Assembly (NCBI GenBank): GCA_025350405.1
Contig: JANXXX010000056.1
Coordinates: 2,103 to 66,102 of the forward strand
Direction: 5' to 3'
DNA: 64,000 nucleotides
From: Gallionella sp.
GTDB taxonomy: Bacteria > Pseudomonadota > Gammaproteobacteria > Burkholderiales > Gallionellaceae
This document shows positions 51,631 to 58,630 of the stretch, piece by piece (the first letter of the stretch is position 1; each line of letters opens with the position of its first letter). Made by a program: the position numbers and the translations under genes. The notes beneath the pieces were generated by a model that had not been told where the DNA came from, ran no database searches, and saw only the letters and a program-made list of their open reading frames with translations.

Positions 51631-51692
51631 TTGACGTGTGTAAATATTACACGTAATATGCATCAACTGTGTGTTATTTGCACACGTATAAT
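51631..51692 (+). promoter_or_regulatory. tandem promoter/operator modules in the divergent intergenic region
   Basis: TTGACG (51631-36), 17 nt, TAATAT (51654-59), with the palindrome GTGTAA-ATA-TTACAC (51638-52) in the spacer. A second module has GTGTG-N7-CACAC (51669-85) directly before TATAAT (51687-92). Confidence 0.6.
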
Positions 51693-51723
51693 GTGATTGG
51701 CTGACCTATCAAAGGAGGACAAC

Positions 51724-51879
51724 ATGAAAGATTTATGCATCGCTACGGTTTTTATATTAAGTGCGATATTCGCTGTTACGGCAATAAGTTCAGCTGCTAG
51801 CGCATTCGCTAATGCCCCGGTTGTTTCTAAAACAGGGCCGCAAAATTCTGTTGCAAGCCGCCATACAAAATATATTTGA
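51724..51879 (+). CDS. Sec-signal prepeptide (51 aa, predicted 22-aa mature peptide)
   Basis: AGGAGG RBS 6-7 nt upstream. MKDLCIATVFILSAIFAVTAISSAASAFA followed by NAPVVSKTGPQNSVASRHTKYI. Confidence 0.6.
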   Translation: MKDLCIATVFILSAIFAVTAISSAASAFANAPVVSKTGPQNSVASRHTKYI

Positions 51880-51898
51880 GAAATGAAAGGAGAATGAA

Positions 51899-52093
51899 AT
51901 GTCCTTAATGATTGATACGCTGAACTCAACACCGACTGCCGAAGAGTCGAGTAATTCAGACAAGCTGAAAGTGCAAAAAAGCATCGGGGAATCAACTAGC
52001 AAAATACTTAAACCGAACGGTTTGACTGAGATATCAATTTTTGATTATGCGGAACTCAGGAATTATATCTACGGCGTCAACGGACGGTACTAA
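51899..52093 (+). CDS. 64-aa minimised paralogue of the cNMP-binding protein at 24778-25263
   Basis: AAGGAG RBS. It shares the N-terminus (MSLMIDTL), a middle segment (ILKPNGLTEISIF) and the C-terminus (ELRNYIYGVNGRY) with the 161-aa protein. Confidence 0.7.
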   Translation: MSLMIDTLNSTPTAEESSNSDKLKVQKSIGESTSKILKPNGLTEISIFDYAELRNYIYGVNGRY

Positions 52094-52150
52094 AAAATAC
52101 AATTAATAAGTGTAATCTATTAAAAAACATCACTTAGAAGGAGCAGCAAA

Positions 52151-52276
52151 ATGAACAACAAATGCAACGAAATATCTATTAACAACACAAAACAAAAAGA
52201 TGGCCAGTTTCATATTGCCCTTGCTTGGCTTGCTGCCTTGTCGGTGTCGGTAGCTGCGTGGACGTGTCTTTCTTGA
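52151..52276 (+). CDS. 41-aa single-TM microprotein (below the ORF-track cutoff)
   Basis: GAAGGAG RBS 8 nt upstream of ATG 52151. MNNKCNEISINNTKQKDGQFHIALAWLAALSVSVAAWTCLS, stop TGA at 52274-76. Confidence 0.5.
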   Translation: MNNKCNEISINNTKQKDGQFHIALAWLAALSVSVAAWTCLS

Positions 52277-52369
52277 TAGGTTTCCAGCAAAGTAAAGCTG
52301 CATGCAGCGGTGAAATACATATCCACGTCACACCAATATAAACTTTATTAACTTGAAGGAGATTTAAAA

Positions 52370-52819
52370 ATGAAAAATGTAAACAAAATGTTTTTTGTAG
52401 TTGCAAGTACCGGGATTTTATCGATCATGTCTTTTGCTGCAATTGCAGATTCGTCTGCTCATATCACTTTGGAAAAAATGATTCAAATAAATACTGAAAA
52501 ACAACTTGCAGCAGAAGGAAATAAATATGCTCAATTAGTTTTACTTGCGGGAAGCAGGAAAGATGAGCTGGTAACAAAAAAGAATGAAGCCGCTAGCGCG
52601 TATAAAAAATGGCGCGATTTAAAATTCGCCGCAGTATCTCACTATCCGAATTACAACGATTTTACGGATGTTAGAGCAGCTGCGAAAACATATTCGCAGG
52701 CTAATAAAGCTTTTGTCGATTTACAAAAGAATATCCTTGCACAAAAGGCGGCTCCGCTAGATCCGGTAGCGATAAATGCGCTTATTGTCACCTCACCGAC
52801 AGCAGTTGGAACGAAATAA
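52370..52819 (+). CDS. secreted helical protein, unknown function
   Basis: GAAGGAG RBS and signal peptide MKNVNKMFFVVASTGILSIMSFAAIA. Lys/Ala-rich helical sequence. Confidence 0.7.
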   Translation: MKNVNKMFFVVASTGILSIMSFAAIADSSAHITLEKMIQINTEKQLAAEGNKYAQLVLLAGSRKDELVTKKNEAASAYKKWRDLKFAAVSHYPNYNDFTDVRAAAKTYSQANKAFVDLQKNILAQKAAPLDPVAINALIVTSPTAVGTK

Positions 52820-52852
52820 TCGCCGAAATCAGGTAGCTAAATTCAAAATCAG

Positions 52853-52874
52853 AACGGGGGCTTCGGCTCCCGTT
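52853..52874. terminator. bidirectional hairpin terminator
   Basis: AACGGGGGC-TTCG-GCTCCCGTT. There is a T-run on the minus strand (CTGATTTTGAATTT) and a weaker TTTGT on the plus strand. Confidence 0.6.
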
Positions 52875-53020
52875 TGTACTACAGGGGCATTCATCAACAT
52901 TTCTAACAATCGTTGCAGCACGCCAGTTGGCAATGATTGTTTGAAAGTCGTGCGAAACGCGCTGCACTAGCGGGTTCAGTTCTATTGGCCGCACGCATTG
53001 CACTTGGTAGTCAGTGACTA

Positions 53021-54988
53021 TCACTCCCACCGTGCGGTCAGCATACGATCGCGCCTGTTCTCGGCAAGACGCAGCATGTACGCACAGTCTTCGCGATGTA
53101 TGGTAATGCCCCGGTCGCGCGTGACGTAGCCGATGATCTCATCCCCCGGTGCTGGCTTGCAGCATTTGCCGATACGCGTCATCAGGTTATTCACGCCGCC
53201 GACGGTGATGTCTGCTTTTGCGGTACGGTCAGTCGCGGGGCGGAATATCTTTTGCTTGGCGGTTTCTATTGGCTTGGTCGGCAGCTCTTCCTTAATCGCG
53301 ATGGCGATGCGCCGCATGGTGATCTCGTTGCGCCCGATGGCGGCAAGAAAATCGTCCGGTTTATTGAAGTGCAATCGCTGCGCGAGCTTTTCCTGATTGA
53401 TCGAGGTGATGCCGAGCCGGTGTAGTTCGCGATCCAGTTGCGCTCTGCCTTGTGCAATGTTTTCATCAAGGTTCTGGCTCTTGAACCAGGCACGCACTCT
53501 GGCGCGCGCACGCGCGCTTTGCAGGAGGCCGAGCGAGGGGTTGATCCAGTCGCGGCTTGGCCCGCCTTGTTTGGTGGTGAGGATTTCCACGCGTTGGCCG
53601 TTCTGCAATTTGTAACTGAGCGGCACGATGCTGCCATCTACCTTGGCGCCGCGCGTGCGGTGTCCCAGGTCGGTGTGCAGCGTGTAGGCGAAATCCACCG
53701 GGGTCGCGCCTTTAGGCAGGTCGATTACTTTGCCCTGTGGGGTGAGCACGTAAACCTGGTCATGGAACAATTCGTTTTTGAATTGCTCCTGCAAATCACC
53801 CTGATCAGCCAGATCTTCTTGCCACTGCAAAATCTGGCGCAGCCAGGCAATTTTTTCCTCGAACTCGGTGTCGGATTTTCCGCCTTCCTTGTAACGCCAA
53901 TGCGCGGCGACACCGAGCTCGGAATGCTGATGCATCTCGCGGGTGCGTATCTGCACCTCGAGCGCAAGGCCGCGCGGGCCGACCACGGCGGTGTGCAGCG
54001 AGCGGTAGTGGTTGCTCTTGGGGTGGGCGATGTAATCGTCGAATTCGCCGTCAATCGGCAGCCACAGTTCATGCACCAAGCCAAGCGCGGTGTAACAGGC
54101 CCCAATACCATCGACAAGGCTATCGTCGACGAGTATCCGCACTGCACGCACGTCGTAGAGCTCGTTGAAATCCAGCTGCTTGCGCTTCATCTTGTTGATG
54201 ATGCTGTAGATGTGTTTGGGGCGTCCGGTCACCTCGGCGGATATGCCGGCCTGGCCCAATGACTGTTTCAACTGCGCCAATACGTCGGCGATGTATTGCT
54301 CGCGATCAACCCTGCGCTCATCCAGCAGCTTCGCGACCTTCCTGTACAACTCCGGTTCCAGAAAGCGCACCGAGAGATCCTCCAGTTCCCATTTGAGTTG
54401 CCACACGCCGAGACGGTTGGCCAGCGGCGCAAAAATGCTACGGGTTTCCTGGGCGATCTGTTTCTGAAGTTCAGGGTCTGCGCCGGACAGGTTGCGCATG
54501 GTCTGGGTGCGTTCGGCGAGTTTGATCAGCACCACGCGGATGTCCTGCACCATCGCCAGCAACATCTTGCGCAGGCTTTCGATCTGCTGTGCGGCTTCGT
54601 TCTTGTCCTTTGCTCCGCGCACTTCGCTGAACAAACGTATTCGTTCCATGCGCGAAATACCTTCGACCAGCATCTTCACATTGGCGCCGAAATCCTGTCC
54701 GAGTTCTTCTTCCCAATTGTCCAGAAACGCGGGCACCGCATGCAGGATCGTGGCGGCGATGGTTTCATGATCCATGTGCATGCCGACCAGGATGGCAGCT
54801 GCGCCGAGCGCGTGTTGCAATAACGGGGTTCTGGTGAGTTCGACTTGTCCGGCGTAGAGCGGCTCAGCCAATGCGCAGGCCTTGCGTATCACCTCAGCTT
54901 CTGCGGGAGCAAAAGTTTGTGAAATGGCATCAAGCCAGGTTTGGATATTCTCGAATGATACAGATGATTTTTGATCGGTAGAAACCAT
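53021..54988 (-). CDS. relA: GTP pyrophosphokinase RelA (long RSH) lacking the C-terminal ACT/RRM domain
   Basis: 655 aa with a degenerate HD region (no HD dyad), synthetase domain, TGS (YVLTPQGKVIDLPKGATPVDFAY) and zinc-finger domain CCKPAPGDEIIGYVTRDRGITIHREDC. It stops at ...LTARWE. Confidence 0.88.
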   Translation of the reverse strand: MVSTDQKSSVSFENIQTWLDAISQTFAPAEAEVIRKACALAEPLYAGQVELTRTPLLQHALGAAAILVGMHMDHETIAATILHAVPAFLDNWEEELGQDFGANVKMLVEGISRMERIRLFSEVRGAKDKNEAAQQIESLRKMLLAMVQDIRVVLIKLAERTQTMRNLSGADPELQKQIAQETRSIFAPLANRLGVWQLKWELEDLSVRFLEPELYRKVAKLLDERRVDREQYIADVLAQLKQSLGQAGISAEVTGRPKHIYSIINKMKRKQLDFNELYDVRAVRILVDDSLVDGIGACYTALGLVHELWLPIDGEFDDYIAHPKSNHYRSLHTAVVGPRGLALEVQIRTREMHQHSELGVAAHWRYKEGGKSDTEFEEKIAWLRQILQWQEDLADQGDLQEQFKNELFHDQVYVLTPQGKVIDLPKGATPVDFAYTLHTDLGHRTRGAKVDGSIVPLSYKLQNGQRVEILTTKQGGPSRDWINPSLGLLQSARARARVRAWFKSQNLDENIAQGRAQLDRELHRLGITSINQEKLAQRLHFNKPDDFLAAIGRNEITMRRIAIAIKEELPTKPIETAKQKIFRPATDRTAKADITVGGVNNLMTRIGKCCKPAPGDEIIGYVTRDRGITIHREDCAYMLRLAENRRDRMLTARWE

Positions 54989-55051
54989 GGGACATTATTG
55001 CACTGATGCACGAGGCACATAAAGCTGTCAATCGAGCACCGTTTTTCAGCG

Positions 55052-55900
55052 CTAGTTTAAGTTGCGCAGCAAAAATTCGATTAACCTGTTGCGCACCGCT
55101 TCGCTGGCCAGCGACTGGGTATGCCCCGCACCAGGGATTATCCATAATTCCTTCGGTTCTCCGGCCCGTTCGAATAGTTGCCGGGAGTGGTGAGCGGGAA
55201 CCACCATATCCTGATCGCCGTGTATCAGCAGCAGCGGCAGGGGACTCAGTGCAGCGATCGAGGCTGCGGGGGAATAGTCATTGTCTATCGTTAACCAGGG
55301 GAGCCACTGGAACGGCCAGGTTATAAAAGAGGCGGCAAGTTTTTCGTTGGCGACTTGGCGGTAATCATAAAATGCGCTGTCGATGACAACAGCGCGGATG
55401 TTGGCCCGGTATGCGTTGTGCGCAGCGTAATGTATGGCGAGCGCACCGCCGAGGCTCTGTCCGAAAATGATGATCCGGTTGGGATCAACGTCCTGATGCG
55501 CGAGCAAGCTGCGCATGGCTGCGTCGATGTCGAGCTGCATTCCCGCCAGCGACGGCGTTCCTTCAGATGCGCCATAACCGCGGTAATCGGGAGCGAGCAC
55601 GTTGAAACCTTCGGCGGGCAGCCATGCGATGCTGCGGAAATGGGTGCTGATGTTTTCGGCGTTGCCGTGCAGGAACAGCACCGTTGCTTTTGCCTTGCTG
55701 CCATCCTTACTTTGGGCCGGAAGGAACCACGCATTAAGTGCTGTGCCATCTGCTGCCTGGAAATTTTCAATCCGGTATTCGATGCCATGTTTATCCGGCG
55801 TGTCGATCAGGAAGCTGTGGGGATGAAAAAACAACTTGGTGCAGCCCGAGAGCAACAGGGGGAACAGCACGGCGAGCAAAAGGAATCTTGATGTGCGCAT
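55052..55900 (-). CDS. alpha/beta hydrolase lipoprotein
   Basis: Lipobox LLLSGC, nucleophile elbow GQSLGG, and the HGDQD...GAGH pattern. Confidence 0.85.
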   Translation of the reverse strand: MRTSRFLLLAVLFPLLLSGCTKLFFHPHSFLIDTPDKHGIEYRIENFQAADGTALNAWFLPAQSKDGSKAKATVLFLHGNAENISTHFRSIAWLPAEGFNVLAPDYRGYGASEGTPSLAGMQLDIDAAMRSLLAHQDVDPNRIIIFGQSLGGALAIHYAAHNAYRANIRAVVIDSAFYDYRQVANEKLAASFITWPFQWLPWLTIDNDYSPAASIAALSPLPLLLIHGDQDMVVPAHHSRQLFERAGEPKELWIIPGAGHTQSLASEAVRNRLIEFLLRNLN

Positions 55901-55908
55901 AATCAGAA

Positions 55909-57822
55909 TCAGAAGTAGAGCAACACCGATACCAAGCCACTGTTGTAAGTGTGTTGCAATTCACGGTTGCGCGCGATATCAACGCGCAGCGCAACGTCAC
56001 GACCCAGCGAGATGCGCTGCTCCAGGCCTAATGTCTGCGTAGTGTCGAGCTGCCCCAGAAAGTATCTCATACTACGCACATAACCCTGTAGTCGCCAACG
56101 CGGGTTAATGTCGTATAGTCCGCCTGCACTCGCTCCCGCGCCCAAGGTGTAGCCATTTGCCAAGCTACTGTTGATTCGTGTACTGCCATCGAACAAAGCA
56201 TACCAGAGTGCCGTGTTGCTTTCGTTTGACCAGGAACCGCCCGCGCCGCCATCCAGTGCCATCGCCAACGGTTCGTCGCCATTGGCTGCTCGTACACGCT
56301 GCCATCCCGCCACTATCCTCCATGACATGGATTGAAAGAAATCATCGCGCGGGGTCAGCGACAGGATGTTGACGGGAGTGAATTGTTCAACTCGGGTCGC
56401 GCTGAAGTCGTAATGACGCAGCCTGATGCTGAAGAATTCGATTTGCGCACCGCGCGCATATCCGTCATCGCTATCCATGATGTCGTGGTAGGTGGCGCGA
56501 GTGCCCAGTTCCTGGAAATTCTGCCCGTCCTTGCGTCCGGCGCCGAATGTGAGACGCGACGAACCGTGCCCTTGATCTGGATGGACTATGGGCATCGGAA
56601 CATCCGGCACTTTACCCACTACGGCTATATGACTTCGTGCAGTAAGTAACTCTCGCGCAAGTTCGGCAGGTTCGGCCACGTCACTTTTGCCGATTGCGCG
56701 CCGATAGTTCACGTAGTCATGGCTGGCCTCAAGCACTGAGGCGGCACGTTCAGCGGGTAGCGCTCGCAGAGCCGGATTGTCTGCAGCGATGTGTAGCACA
56801 CTCAAATCCTTCACCAGTTTGCGCTCTGGTTCTTGCAACTCCTTTAAGCGGTGTCTTACCAAAGTGGCGCTAGATGGGCGATAGACGACTCCCTTAACGA
56901 TATCCGGTTGTCTGGTTATTGCACGTACCGAGTCTGAGGGGATAGCCCACCAGCGGAACTGGCTGGTGAGATCCAGCTCGGGGCGGGCGACCTGCAGCAG
57001 GCCCAGCAAATGGTATGCGCAGTTCTCATCGAAGAAAAAATATTGGTAGTAGGCAGACCCAAGCTCCCAGGCATGCCGCAAAACGCGATCCACTTCTTCC
57101 GGGCTAAGATTCATTTGAAATTCCCAAATGTCACGGTTCTCAAAGTCGCTATACTCGCGCACCTTGAGGTAGTAGGGCATGATGGAAAACGCACCGGGAT
57201 ATCCGCCGAACAAGCCGTTTACCGCGAAGGCGAGGCCGTTGGTTTCGTCGGTGTTCGCCGCGAAGGTAATCGCGTAAGCGAGCAGCCGGGTATGTTCATT
57301 CTGATCCTTGGCATCTACCCTGACCAGAGGATGACCGTACATCGAGGACGGGCTGTTGAGGTATGCCGACGCAAAGATCAGTGTCAATCCGCTCGGATCA
57401 AGCGAGGCATGCCACTGCAGGTAGCGCTTGCATGCCCGGCGCGGCAGCCGTTGCGGATCGAATGCCAGTTGCTCGTTCAACCAGGTGTAACGTGCCACGA
57501 ACAGGCACTGCGGATTTTGTTGGGTGTTGCTTTCTTCAATGTCCGAGTAAAAGCTTGCGAGCGTGGCTTCGAGTTCCGATTGAGGATTGTTTTTTCCATC
57601 CGGTGCATTGTAAAACTGTGGGCTATCGACCAGGCCGTGCACACCCGAAGATATAAGGTTAGGCACATAATGCATCAGCTTCAGCCATTCCGGACGCTCT
57701 GCGATCTGGAGTTTTTTGGCGTTCGCAATCAGCTCCGCGAGATATGTGTCGTCTACCGCGCCGAACGCGGAATTCTGCGATATGAATAGTATCGCAAATA
57801 GGGTCGGCCATATCGAGCGCAT
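55909..57822 (-). CDS. DUF4105-domain protein with C-terminal beta-barrel-like region
   Basis: 637 aa with a signal peptide and a DUF4105-like N-terminal half (PEWLKLMHY...FVARYTWL...YGHPLVRVD). The C-terminal roughly 200 aa show alternating strands ending in LLYF. Confidence 0.7.
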   Translation of the reverse strand: MRSIWPTLFAILFISQNSAFGAVDDTYLAELIANAKKLQIAERPEWLKLMHYVPNLISSGVHGLVDSPQFYNAPDGKNNPQSELEATLASFYSDIEESNTQQNPQCLFVARYTWLNEQLAFDPQRLPRRACKRYLQWHASLDPSGLTLIFASAYLNSPSSMYGHPLVRVDAKDQNEHTRLLAYAITFAANTDETNGLAFAVNGLFGGYPGAFSIMPYYLKVREYSDFENRDIWEFQMNLSPEEVDRVLRHAWELGSAYYQYFFFDENCAYHLLGLLQVARPELDLTSQFRWWAIPSDSVRAITRQPDIVKGVVYRPSSATLVRHRLKELQEPERKLVKDLSVLHIAADNPALRALPAERAASVLEASHDYVNYRRAIGKSDVAEPAELARELLTARSHIAVVGKVPDVPMPIVHPDQGHGSSRLTFGAGRKDGQNFQELGTRATYHDIMDSDDGYARGAQIEFFSIRLRHYDFSATRVEQFTPVNILSLTPRDDFFQSMSWRIVAGWQRVRAANGDEPLAMALDGGAGGSWSNESNTALWYALFDGSTRINSSLANGYTLGAGASAGGLYDINPRWRLQGYVRSMRYFLGQLDTTQTLGLEQRISLGRDVALRVDIARNRELQHTYNSGLVSVLLYF

Positions 57823-57842
57823 CTGTTAGATATTTTAGGTAA

Positions 57843-57872
57843 GAAAAAACCCAGTGGTATTACCACTGGGTG
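57843..57872 (-). terminator. intrinsic terminator after the DUF3015 gene
   Basis: On the minus strand, ACCCAGTGGTAATACCACTGGGT followed by TTTTTT. Confidence 0.8.
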
Positions 57873-57906
57873 CCGATGAGAATTAACTCAGCGACCTGCG
57901 TTGCTG

Positions 57907-58398
57907 TTACAGCGCGGCCTGATAATGAGAGAGTGTCGCGTCCGTAGCCAGCACTTCGCGTAACGATAAGATGACTTGCTCAGTCGCAACGCTATCGGTC
58001 GTGAAGATGCGTGCCACGTTGTCCTTGGTCAGGCGGTTGAATGCAGCTTGGTCCTGCGTTTCGACACCCAGCAAGTGTGAGAGTGAAGCCAGGGTTTCGC
58101 CGCTACCAACTGACATATCGCGCGCCAATTGATCCTTGTTGCCGTCGATGAACATCGCAGTCTTCATATTTGAATGTACAACGCCATCCTGTGAGCAACC
58201 CAGGGTGCCGGTGGTAATACCAAAGGTCTGATTACCTAAGCTGCCGTTAGTGGTGACAGCCAGTATCTGCGGAACAACACCTGACTGGCCCTTGAATATC
58301 AGTGAGCCCACGCCGCAGCCCCCGACGTTATCGTTCGCAGCTAACGCTGCTGTAGGTAATGCTGCAACTAAAGACAGTGCTGCCATAAGCTTTTTCAT
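57907..58398 (-). CDS. DUF3015-like periplasmic protein
   Basis: Starts MKKLMAALSLVAALPTAALA at 58398. Cys-containing GGCGVGS...GTLGCSQDG pattern. Confidence 0.7.
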   Translation of the reverse strand: MKKLMAALSLVAALPTAALAANDNVGGCGVGSLIFKGQSGVVPQILAVTTNGSLGNQTFGITTGTLGCSQDGVVHSNMKTAMFIDGNKDQLARDMSVGSGETLASLSHLLGVETQDQAAFNRLTKDNVARIFTTDSVATEQVILSLREVLATDATLSHYQAAL

Positions 58399-58630
58399 GT
58401 GAACCTCCCGCAAAGTTGATAAAGAAAATCGCTTTATTAACGTTCAATAAATCATTTGGACGTTGAATAGTTTATACAGGTTTATTTCAAGCATTGTCAA
58501 TGCGCTGCTTTGATTTTGTGGTTTTTTTGATACGACATGTTTTGATACGCGAATCAGGCGAGTACTTTCAGCTATGGTTTGGTCGCCAATGTAATCAGCA
58601 GAGCGGCGAACAGTAGTTTGAATAAATAAT

